Made by a program: the position numbers and the translations under genes
Source of the DNA: Nitrosomonas sp.
GTDB taxonomy: Bacteria; Pseudomonadota; Gammaproteobacteria; Burkholderiales; Nitrosomonadaceae
Length of the DNA stretch: 64,000 nt
Direction: 5' to 3'
NCBI GenBank assembly: GCA_017994575.1
Contig: JAGOKN010000003.1
Span: 1,050 to 65,049 of the forward strand
The notes under the pieces: generated by a model
The model's database searches: none
What the model was told of the DNA's origin: nothing
The model's input: the letters and a program-made list of their open reading frames with translations, nothing else
Shown: positions 32,342 through 43,505 of the stretch, one piece after another
Layout: every line of letters starts with the position of its first letter
How positions within the stretch are numbered: the first letter of the stretch is position 1

Positions 32342-33028
32342 ATGCGTATCCTAGTGATCGAAGATGAAATCAAATTGCAGAGCCAGATTCGTCAGCAACT
32401 TGAATTGGTGGGTTATATGGTGGATACCTGTAGCGACGGTGACGAAGGGTTATTTTTTGCCAATGAATATCCCCTGGATGCTGCCATCGTTGATATTGGC
32501 TTGCCCGGCAAGTCAGGCTTGGAAATAGTCAAGACTTTGCGTGAGCAGGGCAGCTTGCTGCCGATTTTGATACTAACGGCCAGAAGCAGTTGGCAGGACA
32601 AAGTGACGGGACTGGAAATGGGAGCGGACGACTATCTGACCAAACCGTTTCAGATGGAAGAGTTGCAGGCCAGAGTGAAAGCCTTGCTGCGTCGGTCGAC
32701 GGGTATACCGCAAACCTTATTAAAATGTGGGCCGATTGCACTGGATGTTTCCGCACAATCAGTCACTGTGGATGGCGAGGTCATTGAATTGACTTCGTTC
32801 GAATATCGACTGTTAGAAGAATTGATCCGCCATCACGGAGAAATTCTGTCCAAGCAAACCTTGACCGACTATCTGTATCCGCATGATGAAGATCGGGACA
32901 GTAATGTACTCGAAGTGATGGTTGGTCGTTTGCGCCGCAAACTCGATCCCAACGGCACGCTGAATCCCATTGAAACCATGCGTGGGCGTGGTTATCGTTT
33001 TACCCTGGAATGTAATAAATCGTCATGA
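32342..33028 (+). CDS. OmpR/PhoP-family response regulator
   Basis: DIGLPG, LTARSSWQDKV, DRDSNVLEVMVGRLRRKL, ETMRGRGY. Confidence 0.93.
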   Translation: MRILVIEDEIKLQSQIRQQLELVGYMVDTCSDGDEGLFFANEYPLDAAIVDIGLPGKSGLEIVKTLREQGSLLPILILTARSSWQDKVTGLEMGADDYLTKPFQMEELQARVKALLRRSTGIPQTLLKCGPIALDVSAQSVTVDGEVIELTSFEYRLLEELIRHHGEILSKQTLTDYLYPHDEDRDSNVLEVMVGRLRRKLDPNGTLNPIETMRGRGYRFTLECNKSS

Positions 33029-34365
33029 TGTCGCTCAATCAGCGCATTTTATTCAGTGCAACCCTGGTTTTGCTGATTTTTATCGTTGGCATAGCTTTGA
33101 CACTGGATCGTGCATTCTACGATAGCGCCCGGATAGGCGTGCAGGATCGCTTGTTTGCGAAATTGCTTATGCTGATGGGCGATACAGAAGTCGATGAAGC
33201 AGGGATACTGGATGTTCCGACCAATCTCCTCGACGCAGAATTAGGGCACGTAAATTCTGATACGTATGCTTTCATCATTGATCATAACAACGCCATCGCT
33301 TGGCAATCCACTTCATCGTTGAATGAGCAAATCCCGGAAGTGACTTTGTTTGAGAAAGGAAAGAAACAATTTTCGCAGATCATGATTGACGATAAGCCGC
33401 ATTTTATCTACAGCTATCGCATTGCGTGGGAGACGCCAGCGGGTGATTATCCGCTGACCTTTAATGTCGTTACCAACATGGTATTATTTGAGGCGCAGAT
33501 AGCGCGTTATCGTGAAGATCTCTGGGGTTGGCTCGGTGTGATGGCTATTTTTCTGCTTGCTATGCAAATGAGAGTGCTGCACTGGGGTTTGCAGCCGATG
33601 CGTCAAGTGTCTGCAGAGCTGTCAGCGATCGAATCCGGTCAGCAAGAAAGCCTGAAAGGTAATTATCCCGCTGAATTGAAATTGTTAACCGACAGCATCA
33701 ATTCCTTGATCAATCATGAACATAAGCAACAAAAACGTTATCGGAATGGACTCGCAGACTTGGCGCACAGTCTCAAAACCCCGCTTGCCGTGCTGCAAGG
33801 TGCAGTCAACAGCGAAGATGACGAGTCATCCCGGCGCAAAACAATTTACGAGCAGATCGAGCGCATTGATAATATCATTCAATATCAGTTGCGCCGCGCA
33901 GCCACGGCTGGAAGATCTTCGGCGATGGGACAAATTATGTTGCGACCCATGGTCGATAGGATTGTCGCCACTGTTAAGAAAGCCTATCGTAGCAAGCATC
34001 CGCTAGTCAGTATTGAAATCGATGAGATCATTGGCTTGCGCATCGACGAAGGTGATTTAATGGAATTGCTGGGTAATCTGGTGGATAACGCTTTCAAGTG
34101 GTGCAGCCACAATATCTGGGTTTCAGCAGGTTATCAGGGAAACCAAGTGGTGATTCAGGTCAAGGATGATGGTCCAGGCATCCAACCCAATCAAATTGCC
34201 AGAATTCTGGAGCGTGGTGTGCGTGCTGATCAATCGACTCCCGGTCATGGCATCGGCTTGACTATCGTGAGAGACATCATGCAGGTCTACGGCGGTGAAT
34301 TATTCATAGAGAATAATCCAGCCAATGGCGCCTGCGTAACGCTGCGTTTGCAGAAAAGCAAATAA
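33025..34365 (+). CDS. PhoQ-like sensor histidine kinase
   Basis: Two TMs, LADLAHSLKTPLAVL, ELLGNLVDNAFKW, GHGIGL. Confidence 0.92.
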   Translation: MMSLNQRILFSATLVLLIFIVGIALTLDRAFYDSARIGVQDRLFAKLLMLMGDTEVDEAGILDVPTNLLDAELGHVNSDTYAFIIDHNNAIAWQSTSSLNEQIPEVTLFEKGKKQFSQIMIDDKPHFIYSYRIAWETPAGDYPLTFNVVTNMVLFEAQIARYREDLWGWLGVMAIFLLAMQMRVLHWGLQPMRQVSAELSAIESGQQESLKGNYPAELKLLTDSINSLINHEHKQQKRYRNGLADLAHSLKTPLAVLQGAVNSEDDESSRRKTIYEQIERIDNIIQYQLRRAATAGRSSAMGQIMLRPMVDRIVATVKKAYRSKHPLVSIEIDEIIGLRIDEGDLMELLGNLVDNAFKWCSHNIWVSAGYQGNQVVIQVKDDGPGIQPNQIARILERGVRADQSTPGHGIGLTIVRDIMQVYGGELFIENNPANGACVTLRLQKSK

Positions 34366-34406
34366 GTTGGTCGTTTTGCCCAGTTTCCGACCTTCCTGCG
34401 TCTTCT

Positions 34407-34679
34407 TCAGGCTTTGATCAATGTCCATGTCCCAATGATGATAAATCCCGCACCTGCGATATAGTGCAGGTGTTTTTCGCTGATATAGTCGGAAATGAAG
34501 CTGCCAGCCAGCACGCCAATCGCAGAGGTTGCAATCAATGCCAATGATGCGCCGACAAATACCGTGAGCTTGCTGACTTCCTTGTCGGTGGCAAACAGTA
34601 AGGTGGCCAGTTGTGTTTTGTCACCCAGCTCCGCAAGAAATACCGTGGCAAAAACGGTCAATAATATTTTGTAGTCCAT
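34407..34679 (-). CDS. TMEM165/GDT1 (UPF0016) family, single-domain Mn/Ca transporter
   Basis: FLAELGDKTQLAT motif; likely start MDYKILL at 34679. Confidence 0.88.
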   Translation of the reverse strand: MDYKILLTVFATVFLAELGDKTQLATLLFATDKEVSKLTVFVGASLALIATSAIGVLAGSFISDYISEKHLHYIAGAGFIIIGTWTLIKA

Positions 34680-34871
34680 GTTGCATATCCTGTCAGTGAA
34701 TTGTGTATTAATGTGTATTGTATGCCCTTGACTCAAGGCGCGGGCTATGAAGAAATTGTGCGTCTTTTTCCCAAAAAACAGTGATAATAAATGATATGTC
34801 AGCATGTTTTTCTGAATTAAAATCTAGACGGTTCTTGGTCAGTCTCTGGAATTCTCGATTAACCGTTTGTT

Positions 34872-35891
34872 ATGGAAGGAAAGTTCATGATTAAAGCTTA
34901 TGCAGCGTCAGAGCCGGGTGGGAAGCTTCGACCTTTTGAATATGACCCAGGACCGTTGGGTGCTCACGATGTTGAAATTGCCATTGAGCATTGTGGAATT
35001 TGCCATAGTGACTTGAGCATGCTGCACAACGATTGGGGAATCACTCAGTACCCCTTTGTGCCGGGGCATGAGATCATAGGCACAGTCGCAACCAAGGGCG
35101 GGCATGTCAACAATCTTGCACTGGGGCAGCGCGTTGGCCTGGGTTGGCATGCGGGTTATTGCATGACATGCCATAGCTGTCTATCCGGCGATCATAATCT
35201 GTGCGCGCAACCGGAATCGACGATCGTAGGCCGCCACGGCGGTTTTGCCGACAGAGTGCGCGCTAATGCCGTTAGCGTTGTGGCATTGCCGGATAGTCTC
35301 AATGCACAAAGCGCGGGGCCGCTGTTTTGTGGCGGGATCACTGTTTTCAATCCTCTGCTGCAATTCAACGTTTCACCGACGGCTCGGGTGGCTGTCATCG
35401 GCATCGGTGGGCTGGGGCACATCGCATTGCAATTTCTGAATGCCTGGGGTTGCCGGGTAACCGCCTTTACTTCCAGTGATGACAAAAAGCAGGAAGCCTT
35501 GTCAATGGGTGCGCATGACGTACTGAATACGAAAAATCCTGCCGAATTGACTGCCGCGGCGGGTCGTTTCGATCTGATTCTGACCACTGTCAATGTCAAG
35601 CTGGATTGGAATGCGTATATCGCAACCTTGCGTCCCAAAGGCCGCTTGCATTTTCTGGGTGTGCCGCTTGAGCCGCTGGATATCAATGTTTTTCCACTGA
35701 TCGCCAATCAGTGCGCGGTATCTGGCTCTCCCGTTGGCAGTCCTGCCGGCATAGCCACCATGCTGAGTTTTGCGCAGCAACACAAAATCGCGCCGGTGGT
35801 TGAAATTTTTCGTTTCGATCAAGTCAATGAAGCGCTGGCAAGATTGGCCAGTGGTCAGGCGAAGTATCGGATTGTTTTGAGTAATCAGTAA
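34872..35891 (+). CDS. Zn-dependent NAD(P)H aldehyde reductase/alcohol dehydrogenase (Ahr/CAD-like)
   Basis: CGICHSD, GHEIIG, four structural Cys, GIGGLG; start may be 34887. Confidence 0.92.
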   Translation: MEGKFMIKAYAASEPGGKLRPFEYDPGPLGAHDVEIAIEHCGICHSDLSMLHNDWGITQYPFVPGHEIIGTVATKGGHVNNLALGQRVGLGWHAGYCMTCHSCLSGDHNLCAQPESTIVGRHGGFADRVRANAVSVVALPDSLNAQSAGPLFCGGITVFNPLLQFNVSPTARVAVIGIGGLGHIALQFLNAWGCRVTAFTSSDDKKQEALSMGAHDVLNTKNPAELTAAAGRFDLILTTVNVKLDWNAYIATLRPKGRLHFLGVPLEPLDINVFPLIANQCAVSGSPVGSPAGIATMLSFAQQHKIAPVVEIFRFDQVNEALARLASGQAKYRIVLSNQ

Positions 35892-36224
35892 CAGGCATTG
35901 CCTTGTGCGACCATAGTCACATAATCTTTAAACGATCAGTGAAACGGATTATTTGGTCCATTTACCATCGTTCAGGGAGGGAACTTTCCAGCGCCGATTA
36001 ACTCATTATTTGCATAAGCGGTGCATAATGATTGATATTCAAAGGCACGGTCATTGCCGAATGCCTTTATAATACCAGACAGTATTCAATCCATCAGTTA
36101 TCTGGTCAGTTCGGTAACTGTCTAATTAATTAAATCAAACAAATCAAATCTTAATACTCTAAAAAGTAGAATAAAACCTCTTGTCGTAAAAGATGGGAGG
36201 TCTCATCAGTGGAAAGTTCAATTT

Positions 36225-37400
36225 ATGATTCATATCTCAAATAAAAAAGAAATCCGTTCGCATACTTCATTGCGCGGTTGGGCAGCTATGATGGTTGTCT
36301 TCGTTCATTTTCGATATTATTTGCATTCATCGATAGATCCCGATGAAATCACCCTCTATTTTTACAAAGGTTACCTCTGGGTTGATTTCTTCTTCATTCT
36401 CAGTGGATTTGTCATGGCTTATGTGTATGACATTGAACATCCCAGACGGTATAGCATGCGTGACACTTTGCATTATCTGATTGCCCGGATTGCCAGAATT
36501 TATCCCCTGCATTTCATTACTTTGTTGGCAACAGTACTTTTTTTTACGCTGCTGGCACTGATCAACTGGGGATTGGGAAAAGAAGCCTGTTGCTTGTTTG
36601 ACGACTCCTTGCGCACTCCCGAATCACTGGCCGCCAACCTGTTTCTGATTCACTCGTGGGGCATGTTTGATTGGGTCACCTGGAATTTTCCCTCATGGTC
36701 GCTGAGCGCGGAATTTTTCTGCTATCTGATCTTTGCCGCGCTTCTGACCATCAATGGCGATAACCGCAAGCTGGTTTTAGTTGTGTTGTCATGTACTGCA
36801 GTGCTTTTCTATTGCTTATGTATGGCGACGAATAGCGATGTCAATGACAACTTTCGTTTATCCATCATCCGCGCCGCATCCGCTTTTACGATCGGCATGT
36901 TGTTGTTCTTAGGGCGCCATGCGATTTCTACTTTGTCAGAAAGATGCCTGACGTGTATTCAGATTGTTGCCTGTATTGCACTTTTTCTTTCGCTCCACTT
37001 TGGTGTAACCGATCTTCTAGTGATTGGTTTGATGGCCTTGATCGTATTGGTGACCTGGGAAGATCGTGGCTATTTATGCACTTGTCTCGACACGCGCTGT
37101 CTACATACGATTGGGGTATTGTCATTTTCTATTTATATGTGGCATTACCTGATCCAGTTTATTGCAAAACAGGATTGGGAAAGCTTCACCGGACTGCCAG
37201 TGGAAAGTAGTGTAGTAGGATCAATGCTGTTTGTGGTTGGTATGATTGGTTCGGTTATTGCGATCGCGATCTGGAGTTGCCGACACCTGGAAATGCCCAC
37301 ACGTAAATGGATTAACATACGGTTGACTGACTTGCTGGAAGGCAAACAAACTTTAAACTGGCAATGGATATGGGTGCTCAGTGAAAGAAAAAGACAATAG
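36225..37400 (+). CDS. Acyltransferase_3 (OafA-like) membrane protein
   Basis: LRGWAAMMVVFVH, VDFFFILSGFV, RIARIYPLH, WSLSAEFFCY. Confidence 0.9.
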   Translation: MIHISNKKEIRSHTSLRGWAAMMVVFVHFRYYLHSSIDPDEITLYFYKGYLWVDFFFILSGFVMAYVYDIEHPRRYSMRDTLHYLIARIARIYPLHFITLLATVLFFTLLALINWGLGKEACCLFDDSLRTPESLAANLFLIHSWGMFDWVTWNFPSWSLSAEFFCYLIFAALLTINGDNRKLVLVVLSCTAVLFYCLCMATNSDVNDNFRLSIIRAASAFTIGMLLFLGRHAISTLSERCLTCIQIVACIALFLSLHFGVTDLLVIGLMALIVLVTWEDRGYLCTCLDTRCLHTIGVLSFSIYMWHYLIQFIAKQDWESFTGLPVESSVVGSMLFVVGMIGSVIAIAIWSCRHLEMPTRKWINIRLTDLLEGKQTLNWQWIWVLSERKRQ

Positions 37401-37594
37401 TCTATGCGGCGGGTGATTGACCAATCGTTAAGATTTTTCAGCAACAACCCCCGCATGCTGATTCACATCATGAATGCGCTCAACAATCTTCTGACTGAGC
37501 GCATCGTCAGAAACACCGGCAACGTCTAGCTCGTGATAATGATTAAACGGCGTTTACACAAAATCTAGGACATCCTCCTATCTGCGTTGCCGCA

Positions 37595-37978
37595 TCAGCG
37601 TGGTGGGCTGGATCGGTGTTTCAATAGACCATTGCTATCAAAGAATAGGTATGTGCCGGTTCCCGGACCAATCAAGTCAGCGCCTGTGATGATGGAATCC
37701 GCGCCAAACAGATTGTATTCCCAGGTGTCGCCGCCAGTGCTTTTGCGCGTGCCGGTACACCATTTGCAAGGCAATCCCCAGGCGGCGATGACTTGATCTT
37801 GTGTCATGCCGATGATGATTTTCTTATTGTCGATGGCTGTGCGTATGGCTTCCGGTGTGCTGGGGTCAGCCAATACGGCTTGTCTGATTCTATGTTCTCG
37901 GTCCATTCCGCAGCCATTGAGCAGGAGGATTGCAGCGATTAGTGTCATCAATAGTGTTTTATTCATCGAGGAAGTCAT
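37595..37978 (-). CDS. Hypothetical lipoprotein (SmpA/BamE-like motif)
   Basis: Lipobox LNGC; IGMTQDQVIAAWGLP...WEY. Confidence 0.7.
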   Translation of the reverse strand: MTSSMNKTLLMTLIAAILLLNGCGMDREHRIRQAVLADPSTPEAIRTAIDNKKIIIGMTQDQVIAAWGLPCKWCTGTRKSTGGDTWEYNLFGADSIITGADLIGPGTGTYLFFDSNGLLKHRSSPPR

Positions 37979-38187
37979 CCGTTGAGTCGCCGAGTTGAGT
38001 GCAGTTATCTTATATATAATTTTCTGTTCGAATTCCAGTGTGTCATGCCAAATCTTTGGGGGATTGATGCATTTTTCGATGAAAACATGAAAACGCTATC
38101 GTCGGCAGGCATCCGTTGTAGCGACACTATAAGGCAGAATGCGTGTCTAACGTGTGATTTTCTGCAATTGACTAATCATCGCTAGGA

Positions 38188-38412
38188 GTGGTCAAAATGA
38201 TCGAATATGAACTTTCAGTTTTTTTGTTAGTGACCAGTACCATTATTTTTGCGCAAATTGGTTTTAGGGATTTTTTTATCAAGAAATTGAATATTCCGTC
38301 GGAAACCTATGCCAGATGGTTGTTTTATCTCACCAGCGCACAGCTCATCATGATCATTGTCGCTTCAGTTATGTCGATTATCATTGGTCAAATCCCCTTA
38401 ACAGGCAGCTAA
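38188..38412 (+). CDS. Small hypothetical membrane protein
   Basis: AGGAG RBS and two hydrophobic segments; start may be 38197. Confidence 0.5.
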   Translation: MVKMIEYELSVFLLVTSTIIFAQIGFRDFFIKKLNIPSETYARWLFYLTSAQLIMIIVASVMSIIIGQIPLTGS

Positions 38413-38588
38413 GTCGGATTCTATGTACGTGCAGCTGCCGCGTTCATCCCGTGTATTAGTATGTTATTGAGTGCGAGAATAATGAAGAGGGGTGCATATC
38501 AGTTTGATAAAAAATGCCGTGACGTGCACACTAGTATTGAGAGTTGAAATTAGTAATCTCCAATCTATTACTAAACGGGTGTTTTGAC

Positions 38589-38741
38589 ATGAAAAAATTT
38601 TTAATGACTGGTTCCTTGGTATTTTCTGTGATTCTCTATGGTTATTTTCTGGAAACTGGTGATGGGGAAGTGCTGGCGCCTGTTTTGTTGGGTCTCCTCG
38701 TCTCTTTTACCTGCGCGATGCTGTTCCTGACTGATAAATGA
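38589..38741 (+). CDS. Small two-TM hypothetical protein
   Basis: MKKFLMTGSLVFSVILYG...VLLGLLVSFTCAMLFLTDK. Confidence 0.45.
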   Translation: MKKFLMTGSLVFSVILYGYFLETGDGEVLAPVLLGLLVSFTCAMLFLTDK

Positions 38742-38942
38742 TGGGAAGCATCCAAAAGCTGTTGGAATACGCTTTATAGGAAATCTAGTGTGTTGTTATA
38801 AGAGGGTTTTATAATTTGTCTAATTCTTTTGCCGGTGTCAGCTTATTTGAGGTGATTATTACCATGTATCTGACGTGGTAATAATAGTATAGTACTTTCG
38901 CAGGGTATTTATTAATCATAACTATGCGGAGGGAAGTCAATC

Positions 38943-39299
38943 ATGAGAATTAAAATCCTATTAGCATTCGTTTTTGGCTGGCTGAGTTTATTAACTGCAT
39001 GCGTTCAAATGAATCCTCATCCGATGGATATGGAACTGGCTATCAAGAAAGCAACAACACGAGCAGACCATGAAGCATTAGCGAGGCATTATGAGGATAC
39101 AGCTAGAGAGTTGCAGGCAAAAGTAAACGAGCGCAAGAAATTGCTGGGAGAATATGAAGCCCATGCCGCTTACTATGGTCGGCAAGCATTAGATTTACAG
39201 TCACATACCAGAAGCGCAATTATGGCTTATGAACAGGCGGTTAAAGCAAATATGGACATAGCCAGTTCTCATCGATTAATGGCCGAAGCAATCAAATAA
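38943..39299 (+). CDS. Hypothetical helical lipoprotein
   Basis: GGAGG RBS, lipobox LTAC, ADHEALARHYE helical segment. Confidence 0.75.
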   Translation: MRIKILLAFVFGWLSLLTACVQMNPHPMDMELAIKKATTRADHEALARHYEDTARELQAKVNERKKLLGEYEAHAAYYGRQALDLQSHTRSAIMAYEQAVKANMDIASSHRLMAEAIK

Positions 39300-40091
39300 T
39301 ACTCACTATATCGTTTGATTTGCTTTTTTAAGATCTCACCATGCAGATTAAAGGCAAATATATCTGCAGTGAGTTGAGTGCGTATTGGTTTTATGGTGCA
39401 CACATTTGATAAAAAGGGAGAATATGATGAAGTGTCCATTTATTTTAATTGCTGAATTGTATTGCTGATCGCTTGTAGCGATCCTAAACCAGTTCAGTAT
39501 CTACCCAGTCTTTATTCAGACAAAGCTGAGAAAATATATCCCGCCGATGATCCGGTACCAGCTCGGCGTGGCGGGTATTAAGTTTATTGCATCAGGAAAT
39601 AGGCGATAAATGCGATCCTGATATAAATTCGAGACTAAAATCGCATTTATCGTCATTCAATGCGTGATGCCGCTGCTGGTGTAGTGCATTGGCATACCAG
39701 CTTGTCAGCCTTGTGGTGAACTCCAAAATAACGCGCAACTTCGCATTCATTCCCGTTCCCTACCATTACCGATGATCGCATGCCGAAGCTCTTTATCATT
39801 CCACTGAAGAGTGTGTTTTAGTAGTGCATTTTAACTTCGCTATTTGTGCTGAGGTTTGCCGAGTGAAATTTTTATGTGCGGGATTTTAGAAGAGGAGATT
39901 GAATTTCCGTTTTTGCTACAGATATTAAGGAAATATCCTTCTGGAGTATGATATAAGATCGATATTGGAGTTGTCGGAGATTGATTTGTTGATTAGAATT
40001 TATGCAGTCGAATTATTCTGACTTAGTGTTTTAGGCATATTTTGAGTAAAAATATGATTACACTAATACTCAATAACTTATTTGGTGCTGA

Positions 40092-40176
40092 TGGTGCCCA
40101 GAAGAGGACTCGAACCTCCACACCCGAAGGCACATGGACCTGAACCATGCGCGTCTACCAATTCCGCCATCTGGGC
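40092..40176 (-). tRNA. tRNA-Leu(CAG)
   Basis: Reverse complement GCCCAGATGGCGGAATTGGTAGACGCG-CATGG-TTCAGGT-CCATG, long variable arm, GTTCGAGT, ends CACCA. Confidence 0.97.
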
Positions 40177-40232
40177 AAAAGGCATCCGGTCAGAATGCCA
40201 AAGAACGCGTAATTCTATAGGAAACCATTGCT

Positions 40233-42476
40233 TTGTCAATTAAGAAGAATCAAAAACTACGTAATCTGGATCCTCACCTAAAGCGTGAGAAAGAACGCTA
40301 TGAGCACCCGCTACCCAGCCGGGAATATATTTTGCAGCTTCTGAAGCAGCAGGGAATTCCAACGACTGAACGTGTGTTACACAAATTATTGGATATCACC
40401 AAGAAGGAAGAAGAGTTGTTTAATCGCCGATTAACGGCGATGGTGCGTGAAGGACAGATTTTCCGCAATCGCAAGGGCGATATTTGCGTGATGGAAAAAC
40501 TTGACCTGATCAAAGGTAAGGTTCAGGGGCATGCAGACGGATTTGGTTTCCTGATTCCTGATGACGGCAGCCCGGATTTGTATCTGAGTGCCAAGGAAAT
40601 GCACAAAGCATTGCATGGTGACCGGGTGTTGGTGCGTGAAATTGGCTTGGACCGGCGTGGACGGCGCGAAGCCGCTATCGTCGAGGTGCTGGAATATACC
40701 AATGCGCAGTTGGTGGGGCGATTACACATCGATCACGGTATTTTGTTTGTCGTGGCGGAAAATAAGCGCATCAGCCAAGATATTCTGATTGCCAAGGAGC
40801 ACTCATTAAAGGCCAAAGCGGGTCAGATTGTCATCGTCGAAATCATTCAACAGCCGAATAAGCAATCACAACCGATCGGCAAGATCATAGAAATTCTGGG
40901 CGACTACACGGCGCCGGGGATGGAGATCGAGATTGCATTGCGCAAACACGATTTGCCGTATGTATTTCCTCCAGAAATTGAAAAGCTTTCTGCTAAATTC
41001 CCCAAAAGTGTTCTAAAAAAAGAACTGACCGGACGCAAAGATATTTGCCACTTACCATTGGTCACCATTGACAGCGAGACTGCCCGCGATTTTGACGACG
41101 CGGTTTATTGCGAGGAAGAGGAAGGCGGATTCCGTTTGTATGTGGCGATCGCGGATGTCAGTCACTATGTCAGGCCGAAAGATGCGATTGACCAGGAGGC
41201 CCTGAATCGCGGCAATTCCGTGTATTTCCCGCGCCGGGTTATTCCCATGCTGCCCGAAGCGCTGTCGAATGAATTGTGCTCGCTCAATCCGGACAAGAAC
41301 AGGCTGTGCATGGTGTGTGAAATACAATTTAAAAAGAGTGGTGAAATACTGGATTATGTTTTTTATCCTGCGGTCATGCGCTCAAATGCACGCCTGACTT
41401 ACACTATCGTAGCAGCGATGCTGGCCGACCCAAAAGGAGCTGAAGCCAAGGCACATGCCAAGCTGTTGCCGTATTTGCAGTTGGCCTACAAGTTGTTTAA
41501 GGCATTGCTCAAAGCGCGTAAGAAACGTGGTGCGATTGATTTTGAAACCACAGAAACGCAGATGTTCTTCAATGATCAGGGAAAAATCGACAAGATTGAG
41601 CCGGTGCAACGCACTGAGGCACATCGCTTAATTGAGGAATGTATGCTGGCAGCCAATGTATGTGCGGCGGATTTTCTACAGAAACATGGACATACTACGC
41701 TGTACCGGATTCATGAAAGTCCCTCACCGGAAAAAATTGATGCGCTGCGTAATTTTCTCAAGGAATTTGGTATTCAGTTGGGGGGTAAAAATAAACCCAG
41801 CGCCAAGGATTACGCACAAACCTTGCTCAAAATACGTGACAGGCCGGATGCGCAATTGCTGCAAACCGTGATGCTCAGGTCCTTGCAACAGGCAGTTTAC
41901 AGTCCGGATGTGACCGGGCATTTCGGCTTGGCCTATGATTCTTACACGCATTTCACGTCGCCTATTCGTCGCTACCCGGATTTGCTGATTCATCGCGCAA
42001 TTAAAGCAGTGCTGCACGGAGAAATTTATCAACCAGGAGATTGGCACGAGCTGGGTAAACATTGCTCATTGACCGAACGGCGTGCCGATGACGCGACCCG
42101 TGATGTCGAATCGTGGCTGAAGTGCTTTTACATGCAGGATAGAATTGGAGAATGCTTCGACGGCGTGATCAGTAGCGTGACAGGTTTCGGCTTGTTCGCG
42201 GCGTTGGATAATGTTTATGTCGAGGGATTGGTGCATATCTCTGAGTTGCCGAGCGATTATTTTCATTTCGATGCCATCAAACATACGCTGCTGGGTGAAC
42301 GCAGCGGCAAACAATACCGCCTTGGCGATCGGGTGTGCGTCAAATTGGTGCGTGTGGATCTGGAAACCAGCAAAATTGATTTTGTGCTAGCGGAACCGGA
42401 CAAAAAAGCCAGTCGCACAAAAAAAACAACTCACTCAAAAACAAAGGCTTCAAGCAAAGGTAAGCAGTCGCTTTAG
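40233..42476 (+). CDS. rnr: Ribonuclease R
   Basis: TIDSETARDFDDAV, HFTSPIRRYPDL, S1 domain, basic tail. Confidence 0.97.
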   Translation: MSIKKNQKLRNLDPHLKREKERYEHPLPSREYILQLLKQQGIPTTERVLHKLLDITKKEEELFNRRLTAMVREGQIFRNRKGDICVMEKLDLIKGKVQGHADGFGFLIPDDGSPDLYLSAKEMHKALHGDRVLVREIGLDRRGRREAAIVEVLEYTNAQLVGRLHIDHGILFVVAENKRISQDILIAKEHSLKAKAGQIVIVEIIQQPNKQSQPIGKIIEILGDYTAPGMEIEIALRKHDLPYVFPPEIEKLSAKFPKSVLKKELTGRKDICHLPLVTIDSETARDFDDAVYCEEEEGGFRLYVAIADVSHYVRPKDAIDQEALNRGNSVYFPRRVIPMLPEALSNELCSLNPDKNRLCMVCEIQFKKSGEILDYVFYPAVMRSNARLTYTIVAAMLADPKGAEAKAHAKLLPYLQLAYKLFKALLKARKKRGAIDFETTETQMFFNDQGKIDKIEPVQRTEAHRLIEECMLAANVCAADFLQKHGHTTLYRIHESPSPEKIDALRNFLKEFGIQLGGKNKPSAKDYAQTLLKIRDRPDAQLLQTVMLRSLQQAVYSPDVTGHFGLAYDSYTHFTSPIRRYPDLLIHRAIKAVLHGEIYQPGDWHELGKHCSLTERRADDATRDVESWLKCFYMQDRIGECFDGVISSVTGFGLFAALDNVYVEGLVHISELPSDYFHFDAIKHTLLGERSGKQYRLGDRVCVKLVRVDLETSKIDFVLAEPDKKASRTKKTTHSKTKASSKGKQSL

Positions 42477-42662
42477 GGGCTGGATTGCTTTACAATACCG
42501 GGCTTGCGGGATCGTTGATAATGGACGAGAAAACCGGAGTCCGGCAATGGCCTGTTTGAATTGCCAGGGTGATTTCAATGAATGCCCTGGCTTTTGTTTT
42601 GTCCGATCGCTATCGCTAATCGTTAAGCAATGCTTAACAAAATTTAGGTTTTATTAAGCATT

Positions 42663-43403
42663 ATGTCTAACACACGCCTTATTTTTGGCTTCCATGCCGT
42701 GACCAGCCGCTTGCGGCAGAATCCGGATAGCATCAAAGAGATCTTTATTGATGGCGCGCGTAGTGATCAGCGGGTGCGTGGACTGATTAATTTGGCTGAG
42801 TCTCAGGAAATGCGTTTGATCGCCTGTGATGGATTTCGATTGACTAGCATGGTGGGTAATGATCGTCATCAGGGCGTCGTGGCCAATATCGATATTTCAC
42901 GCAGTTATGTCGATCTTGACGACGTGCTGGATACGTTGACCGAACCAGCGCGTTTATTGATTCTGGACGGTGTTCAGGATCCACACAATTTGGGCGCCTG
43001 CTTGCGAGTCGCCGATGCCATGGGTGTACATGCGGTGATTGCACCCAAAGACCGTGCGGTCGGTTTGACGGCTACCGTATATAAAGTCTCCAGCGGTGCT
43101 GCGGATACGGTCCCCTATATTGCGGTGACCAACTTGGCACGCACCATCAAGCAATTAAAACAACAGGGCATTTGGATCATTGGCACCGCTGAAGATGCTG
43201 ATTACGATCTGACTCATTTCAAGATTCAAGGGCCGGTTGCCTGGGTATTTGGCTCTGAAGAAAAAGGAATGCGGCGCTTGACACGAGAAAGCTGCGATCA
43301 GTTGGTGCGCATTCCCATGCTGGGCAGTGTAGAGAGCTTGAATATCTCTGTCAGTGTCGGAATTTGTCTATTTGAAACATACCGCCAACAGTCTGTAGTC
43401 TGA
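42663..43403 (+). CDS. rlmB: 23S rRNA Gm2251 methyltransferase
   Basis: [14 protein letters not shown] and [13 protein letters not shown]; follows rnr. Confidence 0.95.
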   Translation: MSNTRLIFGFHAVTSRLRQNPDSIKEIFIDGARSDQRVRGLINLAESQEMRLIACDGFRLTSMVGNDRHQGVVANIDISRSYVDLDDVLDTLTEPARLLILDGVQDPHNLGACLRVADAMGVHAVIAPKDRAVGLTATVYKVSSGAADTVPYIAVTNLARTIKQLKQQGIWIIGTAEDADYDLTHFKIQGPVAWVFGSEEKGMRRLTRESCDQLVRIPMLGSVESLNISVSVGICLFETYRQQSVV

Positions 43404-43505
43404 TCGATGTACCTGATAAAATGAGCAGAATGCGTCGATGAGAACATTGCATCAGTGTCGTGTCATCCAATTCAATAACACTATTAATCGTCTTAATGCT
43501 TAACC

